Shown in pieces: positions 52,601 to 59,920 of a stretch of DNA of 61,239 bases. The notes beneath the pieces are model-generated. The model was not told the origin of the DNA and searched no databases. It worked only from the letters and a program-made list of their open reading frames with translations. A program made the translations under genes and the position numbers. Origin of the DNA: an uncultured Iamiaceae bacterium (GTDB taxonomy: Bacteria; Actinomycetota; Acidimicrobiia; Acidimicrobiales; Iamiaceae); contig CAZUYW010000001.1 in the NCBI GenBank assembly GCA_964624775.1, positions 1 through 61,239 of the forward strand. The letters run 5' to 3'. The stretch's first letter is position 1; each line of letters opens with the position of its first letter.

Positions 52601-54685
52601 GTCATCGGGCTGCTCGACGCATCGGCGACGGTGTCGCCCGGCGCGGACGGCACCGGGGTCGGCGTGCTCACGCTCTCCGGACCATCGACGCTCAAGTCCT
52701 CGAACGTGCTGGAGATCGACATCGCCGCATCGGGCAACGACCGGCTCGCAGCGCCCCAGCTCGTCCTGGGTGGCACGCTCCGCATCCGGACCTCCGGGAC
52801 CCCGGCGACGGGCGAGATCTACGAGATCGTGACGGGCCCGAACCTCCAGGGCTCGTTCGCCACCGTCGAGGGCCGGCAGCTGCCCGACGGGCGGTTCTTC
52901 CACCTCGCCCAGTCCCCGACCGCGGTCACGCTCACCGTCATGGCCGCACCCGGCCCTCCGGCCATCACCTCGGTCTCCCCCGCCGACCGATCGGTGACGG
53001 TTCGCTGGAGCCCGCCGAGCGACTCCGGGCCGGACGCCATCACCGAGTACGTGGTCCGGGCGCTGCAGGGGGCCACCGTCGTGAAGGAGACGTCCGTCGG
53101 GTCGGGCGCTCGTGAGGCCCTCGTGACCGGCCTCACCAACGGCCAGACCTACACGTTCACCGTCACCGCACGAAGTGCGTCAGGCCTCGGCCTGCCATCG
53201 CAGCCCTCGGTCGCCGTGAACCCCTCGACCTTCCCCCTCCCGGGTGCGCCGCCGGCTCCGATCGCTGCCCCTGGCCCCACCAACGTGGATGCCACCTGGA
53301 CCCAGCCCGCGACCGGTGGCGCGCCGGTGCTCGGCGCGGTCGTGACGCCCACCGTGGATGGCCAGGTGAAGCCGCCCATCACCGTGACCGGCAGCGTGCC
53401 GTCGGCATCCATCGTGGGCCTGAGCCTCAGGAGCAAGGTCAGCTTCCGGGTTGCGGTCCGCACCGAGGCCGGGCTGGGTCCGGTGTCGGCACCGTCGAAC
53501 CTCGTCGTCGTCGGTGCGCCCGGGATCCCCGCGATCACCACGGCCGCTCCCGGGGACGGCGCCATCTCCATCGGGTGGACCTTGCCGGCGGACAACGGCG
53601 CGGCGCTCACCGCCATCCGGGTCACGCCCTACACCATCACCGGATCCGGTCCGAGCGAGGTGCGCACGCCGGGCTCGCCCATCCGACTGTCGGTGGCCAC
53701 CTCCGCGACGGTGCCGGGTCTGACGAACGGCACCACGTATCGCTTGGCGGTCCAGGCCATCAACAGCAGGGACGCAGGGCCCGAGGCGTGGACCGACCCG
53801 ATCGTGGTCGGCGCTCCGGCTGCACCGTCGGGTGTCGTCGCCACGTCGAGGGGAACCGGCGGCGCTGGTTCCGACACCGCCGTCGTCGCCTTCGTCGCCG
53901 GGGCGAGCAACGGCGCACCGGCCACCTACGAGGCCGGCTGCGACCCGGTCACGCCGGGGGCGGGCGTCACCGTTCGGAGCGTCAGCGGGACCGGCAGCCC
54001 CATCTCGGTCACCGGCCTCACCGCCGGAACCGCCTACCGCTGTGCTGTGGTCGGCGTGAACGGGCGCGGGCGTGGGCCGGCATCGCTGCCCTCGGCCTCG
54101 GTGCTGGTCGGATCGATGGCACCGCCGAGCACCGTGGTTGCCGCGCCGGGCACCGCGACCGCCACCTCGGGTGCGCTGACGGTGACGTTCGTCCGCAACC
54201 CGATCGCGGTCGGTTCCGCTGCGTCGTCGACCGTCACCTGCACCTCGACCAACGGCGGCGTGGCGAAGACCGTCAACGGATCGGCGACCGGTCCGGTGAC
54301 GGTGACGGGACTCACCACGGCGAAGTCCTACGGCTGCACCGTGAGCCTCGCGAACGCGGTCGGCCCCGGGGCTGCCTCGGTGAGCTCGGGACCGGTGATC
54401 GTCGGGTCGCCGACGGCGCCGACCGCGGTGACGGTGGTCAAGTCGGGCACCGGTGCCATCAAGGTGACCTTCAAGGCATCCACGCCCAACGGTGCGGCGG
54501 TCACCGGCTACACCGCGACGTGCACCTCGGCGAACGGCGGCAAGACCGGCTACGCGTCCGCAGCTGCGAGCCCGATCGTGGTCGGCGCGCTGTCCTCCGG
54601 GAAGCAGTACACGTGCCGGGTGACGGCGAAGAACGCGCGCGGCACCGGACCGGCATCGCTCGCGTCGACCGTGGTGACGACCTAG
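49610..54685 (+). CDS. Large secreted protein: Gly/Thr-rich beta-helix-like region plus six C-terminal fibronectin type III domains
   Basis: Signal peptide; recurring [DR]N[DA]G[TD]V...G.L repeats; passenger-like GTLSGLGTV..TVSPG..GVLTL; Fn3 motifs (VTGLTNGQTYTFTVTA etc.); start uncertain. Confidence 0.85.
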   Translation: MLIVQVIEGHRGGRVLAGTRFRRAVILGVAAVAMAAAGTMALAFGGQRPAGASAVSCSHQSGDTIKDFVGASGGAFGEASNWSPVGVPDATSIVCVPAGKTVNVTNGVQVAGINVAGGLHVDAGVGLTVQGTGASVPSTVASGGIIHDLDLDGVLAGSAAVDLTGTVDLRSGSVRGPGTRTVVSGATAQLGGSGWIGGDGAAAELVIAGTATAGSGGDVFVAGEARLVVASGGRLVLTATDGSSIRSAGWSPSIHVLAGGTIERTGGGEGSVLAVPIDNDGTVLASGGDLVVQGQSPEGTSDGGTWRATLGTIRLQASRALGPGAAVTGANGLQVEAGTLSTPTAQGTQMSRLMVRGARLTGSQTISSSLILVDGASLDDTGTTTIASSATGTIAAVDVRNGHVLENAGSLTWAGQYFRACSGGLVDNRAGGALYLAEPAGYGLDSCESPAGRVLNRSGATVVKVSSTATTLSVPFDNDGDVQVAEGLLTVTAPGSAGSAGDSGSWRSLAGGTLDFSVGAERRFDGGSIGGTGTTNFSGGSFTGTPQIQKLTWRGGTFSGAGPATVTGSLTTEGSVLLAGHLVNRGSLTWPGNGQIIVGDGAELRNGSGGTLLITDQIGYQITSYGTGVLVNEAGGLIKKTTGSTSWLATTLDNAGTVEAAAGVLRISGSSSPLGADTGTYRASATGKLAFEGGTRTFGTGGTMRGPGAVLADKAGSIQWNGTAFTGTPTVAAATVEWIAGGPVAPSVVTIGADARLEWNAATLAGGTIRNLGTTVWNTDGGWRSVGAGAVFANAGTFDITGYGGRLADGGTAVSSGRFVNEATGTVRSRALGAVSVSVPFRNDGTVAVEAGSLAFDGPAGALENYVAATKTLSGGRFDVSATLTLPGEVFTLDGGMVARTGAKVLTSKKSALVITTVTDHGLLDVAPGVLVQDIGWFQNHGRVRSGLSVKGTLRQTSGSIDVAIGRELRAQGSPFTSWDNLNRVILDGGTLSGLGTVIGLLDASATVSPGADGTGVGVLTLSGPSTLKSSNVLEIDIAASGNDRLAAPQLVLGGTLRIRTSGTPATGEIYEIVTGPNLQGSFATVEGRQLPDGRFFHLAQSPTAVTLTVMAAPGPPAITSVSPADRSVTVRWSPPSDSGPDAITEYVVRALQGATVVKETSVGSGAREALVTGLTNGQTYTFTVTARSASGLGLPSQPSVAVNPSTFPLPGAPPAPIAAPGPTNVDATWTQPATGGAPVLGAVVTPTVDGQVKPPITVTGSVPSASIVGLSLRSKVSFRVAVRTEAGLGPVSAPSNLVVVGAPGIPAITTAAPGDGAISIGWTLPADNGAALTAIRVTPYTITGSGPSEVRTPGSPIRLSVATSATVPGLTNGTTYRLAVQAINSRDAGPEAWTDPIVVGAPAAPSGVVATSRGTGGAGSDTAVVAFVAGASNGAPATYEAGCDPVTPGAGVTVRSVSGTGSPISVTGLTAGTAYRCAVVGVNGRGRGPASLPSASVLVGSMAPPSTVVAAPGTATATSGALTVTFVRNPIAVGSAASSTVTCTSTNGGVAKTVNGSATGPVTVTGLTTAKSYGCTVSLANAVGPGAASVSSGPVIVGSPTAPTAVTVVKSGTGAIKVTFKASTPNGAAVTGYTATCTSANGGKTGYASAAASPIVVGALSSGKQYTCRVTAKNARGTGPASLASTVVTT

Positions 54686-54694
54686 CTTCCGGCC

Positions 54695-55846
54695 GTGGCG
54701 ACCCGGACCTGGACCGACACCTTCCTGGAGGAGCTGCGAGACGAGGGCGATGCCGTCGCCGACGCGGTCATCGCCGCACACGTGGCCGAGGTGGGGGCCG
54801 AGCCCGGCCACCTGTTCCGAGGCCTGCTGGGTGCGGACGCACCGTCGTCGCGTTCGTCGGCGCTCGACGCCTTCGTGGCCGCGCCGGTGGTCGAACCCGA
54901 GTGGTACGACCCAGCGCTTGCCGACGCGGGCCGCGAGGTGTTCCTCCGGCGCGGCCTGCACGTGGTGTCCGCCCTGTACGGCGCGTCGCTGCCCACCGCC
55001 TACGCAGGTTGGCGCGGCGTCCACGTGCTCGAGCTCACGGGGCGCCTCGAGAGCGACACCCGGCGACGCCTGGTCGAGACCGCTCGCTTCCTCGTCGACA
55101 CGATGACCCCTCGGCTCGACGATCCGTACGCGGGCCTCGACACCGTTCGGCGCGTGCGGCTCCTCCACGCCGGCGTGCGCTGGCTCATCCAACACGATCC
55201 CCGCATCGAGCACGGGCCGCCTGACGGGTCCAACCCCGCCTTCGACCCGGCCTGGGGCGTGCCCGTCTGCCAGGCCGACCTCCTGAACACCCTCCTCACC
55301 TTCACCGAGGTCGTGTTCCGCGCCATGGACCGCACCGGGGTCTCGCTCGAGTTCGAGGAACGCCGCGCCTACCTCCACGCGTTCGACCGGATCGGGTGGC
55401 ACCTCGGCATCCGCGCCGACCTCCTCCCCCTCGATCTCGACGACATCGGATGGCTCACGGACGCCATGCCACGGACGCAGTTCGGGCCCTCGGATGCTGG
55501 GCGGGCCCTGACCCGAGCCCTCCTCGAGGTGTGCCGAGACGCCGTGCCGTGGCCGCTCGACGGACTCCCCGACGCGATGGTGCGCCAGCAGATCGGCGAC
55601 GAGCTCGGCGACCTGCTCGGTGTGCCCCCTGCGGGGTGGCTCCGTCACCTGCTGACGCCGACCGGTCGGATCACGCGATGGATCGGCGTGCGGCGCGTGC
55701 ACCACCGGCTCCTCGAGCGCCTGGGGCGCTCGGTCGGTCGCGCGGTCCTGACCCAGTCGCTCGGTGTCACTCCCGACGGGCGGCCGCCGTTCGCGCTGCC
55801 CGATCACCTGGCCGGCGCGTGGAAGGTGCGGACGGGGCCTCACTGA
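54695..55846 (+). CDS. Oxygenase MpaB/Lcp-like (DUF2236) putative heme protein
   Basis: GDAVADAV, SLP..Y, RRLVETARF, RVRLLHAGVR, WGVPVCQADL. Confidence 0.85.
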   Translation: MATRTWTDTFLEELRDEGDAVADAVIAAHVAEVGAEPGHLFRGLLGADAPSSRSSALDAFVAAPVVEPEWYDPALADAGREVFLRRGLHVVSALYGASLPTAYAGWRGVHVLELTGRLESDTRRRLVETARFLVDTMTPRLDDPYAGLDTVRRVRLLHAGVRWLIQHDPRIEHGPPDGSNPAFDPAWGVPVCQADLLNTLLTFTEVVFRAMDRTGVSLEFEERRAYLHAFDRIGWHLGIRADLLPLDLDDIGWLTDAMPRTQFGPSDAGRALTRALLEVCRDAVPWPLDGLPDAMVRQQIGDELGDLLGVPPAGWLRHLLTPTGRITRWIGVRRVHHRLLERLGRSVGRAVLTQSLGVTPDGRPPFALPDHLAGAWKVRTGPH

Positions 55847-55909
55847 ACGTGCGCCGTTGATCACGACCCGTGATCCGTACCGGCGGGCGCTCACTAGGCT
55901 CGGCTCGTC

Positions 55910-58882
55910 ATGGGAGGACCTCACGCCGAGTCGCCGCAGCGCCCACCCCTCGGCGTCCTGGTCGATGATCAGGAGATCGCCCAGCGCGTCGCCGGCGTGC
56001 TCGCCCGCTGGGATCGGGGGGCCGAACCGCTGGTGACCACGCTGACCGGAGCAGGCCTGGCCGGCGCGATCGACGCACGGCTCGCAGCCCGCTCGATCGT
56101 GGCCTGGGGGAGCGCGCCGTGGGATGCGGAGGTGCGGGAGGTGCGGCGGCTCGGCGCGATCCGTCGGCTCGACGCCGCGCACCCGGCCGCGCTGCTGCAG
56201 CTCGAGCAGCTCGTGGTGCTCGATGCGATCGGAGCGGGCGCCACCATGCGCGATGCGGCACGCGCCGCGCACCTCTCGTTGCGCACGGCCCAGCGCCGAC
56301 TCGCCGCCGCGCTGGAGCTGATGGGCGCCCAGGCACCCGTCGAGGCGCTGCGCCGCCTCGACGTGGAGGGCTCCCGCCTGCGGGCTGCGGTCTGGAGCGT
56401 CCCGCCGGTGCTGCGCGGACGTCGGGATCTCGTGCGCGAGGCGACGGCGCGCCTCGAGGCCGATGGGATCGTGGGGCTGCGCGGTGCGCCGGGCACGGGT
56501 CGGTCGACGCTGGCGCTGCAGATTGCCGAGGCGGCCAGTCGTCCGTGGACCCGAACGGGAGGGCTCGCCACCTTCGGATCTCGGCCGCTGGCCCTGCTTC
56601 GCCTCGGGGTCCAGCCCGGCGTCGATCCCGGGCAGCTCGCGGCTCGGCTCGACGGCACGGTCCTGGTCGTCGACGACGTGGACCTGGTCGACGAGGCGTC
56701 GTGGTCGGTGCTCGGTGCCCTGGTGGGTCGGGTGCCCCTCGTGCTCGTGGAGCGCTCGGGGATCCCGTCGTCGAGGCTGCCGACGAGGGACGGGGTGATC
56801 GAGGTCGACCCGATCGGGGACATCGACGCCCGGGAGCTCATCGGCGCGTCGGGGACCGAGCTGCCGGAGCACGCGCGGGCGGAGGTGATCAGCCTGGCTG
56901 GTGGGCGCACTGATCGCCTGGTCGACCTGTCATCGGGTGACCTCGTCGACCGCTGGCTGGCGACGCGCGTCGGTCACCTCGACCTGCGTGCGTCAGCCAG
57001 CCTGCGTCGAGGCTGCGCGCTGCTCGGCAACTCGATCGAGTCGGTGCCGCGGTCACTGCTCGGTGCACCGGTCACCCAGACCTTCCTCGACCTCGACCTC
57101 GCCCGGATCGACGGCCGTGGCGGGGTGCTCCCTGCGGGCGCTCGCACGCGCACCGCGCTCGCCGCTGCGGCCGACGACGTCGATCTCAGCGAGGTGCATG
57201 TCGCCCTCGCGGCGGAGGCCGCCGATGCCACCGTGCGGGCTTCGCACCTGCTGCGGGCTGGTCGGGGGGACGATGCCAGGGAGGTGGCGCTCCGGGCGTT
57301 CCAGGATGACGTGCACCCGACCGCGAGGGCCCGAGCCTTGAGCGTGCTGGCGCAGACCGAGCCGGTGCAGAGCCGGACGCCGCGCGTCATCCAGGCTGTT
57401 CGGGGTCAGGCCGCAGCGGGCCGGGTCGACGATGCGCTGGCGTTGCTGGACTGGCTCGACCAGGTGGACCCGGATGCAGCCCGCGGACCGGATCTGGTCG
57501 CAGCCCGTGCGCTGGTGATGGCCCAGCGGGACCAGGTCGACGCCGCGATCGCGCTCGTCGAGGCCGCGCTCGCAGCGGCCCGGGAGGGCGTCGACGTCAC
57601 CCGTCTGCGGGTGACCCGGACCATGCTGGGTCTGCTCGGCGGCTCGACCCTCGACGGGATGATCGAGCTGGCCGACGTGAGCCGTGGCGGCGAGGGCGGA
57701 ACCGATGACGGCACCGCACTGCTGTTCGACGGACTCGGGCGGGCGTTCGCCGGTGATCCCTCGTGGGTGGAGATCGTCCTGCCCGGGTTCGAGGCGAGCC
57801 TGGATCGCGTCCGTCGGGGAGCAGGCGGGGAGCCCGTGCTCGGCGTCGCAGCGGAGCTGGCCGGCTTCCTGCTCTCGGCCTACGGCGACCCGCTCGGTGC
57901 GATCGACGTCCTCGACCGCGCCATCGAGGCGCTCGCCCCCCGTCAGGTCGAGGGGCTCGTGGCGCAGGTCCGGATCTCGCGAGCGTTTCGCCTGCTGGCC
58001 GATGAAGGGCCCTCGGACATCAACCTCGCCGAGCTCCGCGCCTGCCTGACCGACGGCCCGCCCACGTACCTCGCAGCGTCGGGCTGGGCCAGCCTGGCCG
58101 TGGGGGAGGCGGACCGCGGCCGAGCGGAGGAGGCGGCGCGGTGCCTCGCCCTGGCCGCTGAGGCACCGGGCGATGCGAACGGCGACCTCCTGATCCGGTG
58201 GGCGGAGGCGGAGCTCGCCTACCTGGCCGGTCGCGCCGACTCGTGCTGGACGATCGCCGTCGATGCCCTGGCCGGATCCGACACGTTCCTGCCCGGCCGC
58301 CAGATCCTCGGTGCGCTGGCGGCGTGGGCCGCGATCGACCTCGATCCGGCTCCGGCGGCGTGGCCGGACGTGCCGCCGTCGCCCTTCCCGATCGTGGGGG
58401 CCACCCCGGACCTGATCGCTGGCGCGCGAGCGCTCGGCCGTGGCGACGCGCATGAGGCGGTCGACGCGTTCGCTGCCGCCGTCGAGCGGCCCGGTCAGAT
58501 GTTCCGCGACCACCTGCGGCAGCGCTGGGGGCTGGGCGAGGCGCTCAGGCGGGCCGGCCGCATGGACGAGGCTCGGGCGATCCTGGTTCCCCTCGCCGAC
58601 GAGCTCACGGCGACGGGCATGGCGACCTTGCTCGAGCGGGTGCGCGCCAGCCTCGTTCGGATCGATCGGCCGGTCTCTGCTGCGCCGTCGGTCCACGGCC
58701 TCACCGCCCGCCAGATCGAGATCCTGCGCCTCGTCGGCGCCGGCCTCACCTCGAAGCAGATCGCCGCGCGCCTGCACCTCGCGCCGATCACCGTGGACGG
58801 GGCCGTGAAGGCAGCGATGGTGCGGCTCGACGTGCGCTCTCGCAAGGCAGCGGCCGCACTGGTCGCTCGGACGCGCGCCTGA
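55910..58882 (+). CDS. LuxR-family large ATP-binding (LAL/MalT-like) regulator with an extra N-terminal HTH
   Basis: N-terminal HLSLRTAQRRL HTH; GAPGTGRS, VLVVDDVD; helical repeats; C-terminal LTARQIEIL..GLTSKQIAARL. Confidence 0.82.
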   Translation: MGGPHAESPQRPPLGVLVDDQEIAQRVAGVLARWDRGAEPLVTTLTGAGLAGAIDARLAARSIVAWGSAPWDAEVREVRRLGAIRRLDAAHPAALLQLEQLVVLDAIGAGATMRDAARAAHLSLRTAQRRLAAALELMGAQAPVEALRRLDVEGSRLRAAVWSVPPVLRGRRDLVREATARLEADGIVGLRGAPGTGRSTLALQIAEAASRPWTRTGGLATFGSRPLALLRLGVQPGVDPGQLAARLDGTVLVVDDVDLVDEASWSVLGALVGRVPLVLVERSGIPSSRLPTRDGVIEVDPIGDIDARELIGASGTELPEHARAEVISLAGGRTDRLVDLSSGDLVDRWLATRVGHLDLRASASLRRGCALLGNSIESVPRSLLGAPVTQTFLDLDLARIDGRGGVLPAGARTRTALAAAADDVDLSEVHVALAAEAADATVRASHLLRAGRGDDAREVALRAFQDDVHPTARARALSVLAQTEPVQSRTPRVIQAVRGQAAAGRVDDALALLDWLDQVDPDAARGPDLVAARALVMAQRDQVDAAIALVEAALAAAREGVDVTRLRVTRTMLGLLGGSTLDGMIELADVSRGGEGGTDDGTALLFDGLGRAFAGDPSWVEIVLPGFEASLDRVRRGAGGEPVLGVAAELAGFLLSAYGDPLGAIDVLDRAIEALAPRQVEGLVAQVRISRAFRLLADEGPSDINLAELRACLTDGPPTYLAASGWASLAVGEADRGRAEEAARCLALAAEAPGDANGDLLIRWAEAELAYLAGRADSCWTIAVDALAGSDTFLPGRQILGALAAWAAIDLDPAPAAWPDVPPSPFPIVGATPDLIAGARALGRGDAHEAVDAFAAAVERPGQMFRDHLRQRWGLGEALRRAGRMDEARAILVPLADELTATGMATLLERVRASLVRIDRPVSAAPSVHGLTARQIEILRLVGAGLTSKQIAARLHLAPITVDGAVKAAMVRLDVRSRKAAAALVARTRA

Positions 58883-58915
58883 CCGACGCCGCAGCGCCGG
58901 AGCACGAAGATCGGG

Positions 58916-59893
58916 TCAGTCGTCGGGGGAGGAGGTGGTGACCTCGATGCGGTCCTGCTGCCACTCGCGGGCCGCCTCCAGGGCGCCGAGGGCTTGGCGC
59001 ATGAGCTGGTCGGCGTCGAACCCGTAGGCCGGGTAGCAGGACAGGCCCACGCGCAGCGTGAAGCCGGGGTGATCCTCGGCGATGCGGCGCCGCAGCCGCT
59101 CGAGGGTCCAGATGGCGCCGTTCTCGGGGGTGTCCTCGAGCAGGATCAGGAACAGCGACTCGGGGCCTCGGGCCAAGGTGTCGGCCTCGCGGAACACGTT
59201 GAGCATGGTGTGGGCCACGACCGCCACCGGTGCGGGCGCCAGCTCGGGGGTGCCGATGCCGGTGACCACCTCGGCGACGGCGACGGTGAGCGGGCGGAGG
59301 CCCCGGCGTGACGCCGAGATGCGCTTCACCAGCGAGGCCTGGAAGAACAGCTCGGTGAACAGGCCGGTCTCGGCGTCGGTGATCACGTCGCCCGTCGACG
59401 GGGCCGGTGCCGGTCGGCTGGGGGCGGGCGCCGGTGCGGGGTCGGGGGCGGCCATCGGCTCGATGCCGGCGGCCCGGTCGGTGGCCGCCTCCTGGCGGGC
59501 CATCTCGGCCCGCATGGCCTGGGCGAGCTGGGCGCGGGCGGCGATCGCCTCGGCCTCGAAGCGAGCGGCCCGCTCGGCCACCAGCTCCTGCTGGCGGGTC
59601 AGCTCGGCGGCGTGGGCGGCGAGGACCTCGTCAGCGGGGCTTCCAGCTGCCTCGACCGGGCGGGTGCGCAGCACCACGAACAGGGCGGCGAACGCCAGCA
59701 CCGCGGCGGCGGCGACGAGCACGGGGGCGTCGAGCACGATCGCCACCAGCGCCAGCGCGAAGCCGAGGCCGCCCGCGACGATGGCGACCAGGCTGCGGCG
59801 GGTGAACATGGTGGATGTATCGGCCGAAATCGGCCGGACCGTAGGTTCTGGCGCCGCGGGTTCCGAGGCCGGGTCGTGCTGCGTGGTGCTCAC
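58916..59893 (-). CDS. Membrane-bound degenerate GGDEF-domain protein with intact RxxD I-site
   Basis: Two TM helices, coiled coil, DAETGL, READTLARGPESLF in place of RxxD...RxGGDEF, VGLSCYP. Confidence 0.82.
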   Translation of the reverse strand: MSTTQHDPASEPAAPEPTVRPISADTSTMFTRRSLVAIVAGGLGFALALVAIVLDAPVLVAAAAVLAFAALFVVLRTRPVEAAGSPADEVLAAHAAELTRQQELVAERAARFEAEAIAARAQLAQAMRAEMARQEAATDRAAGIEPMAAPDPAPAPAPSRPAPAPSTGDVITDAETGLFTELFFQASLVKRISASRRGLRPLTVAVAEVVTGIGTPELAPAPVAVVAHTMLNVFREADTLARGPESLFLILLEDTPENGAIWTLERLRRRIAEDHPGFTLRVGLSCYPAYGFDADQLMRQALGALEAAREWQQDRIEVTTSSPDD

Positions 59894-59920
59894 ATCGATG
59901 GCCCCTCGGAGCCGGTGCGG

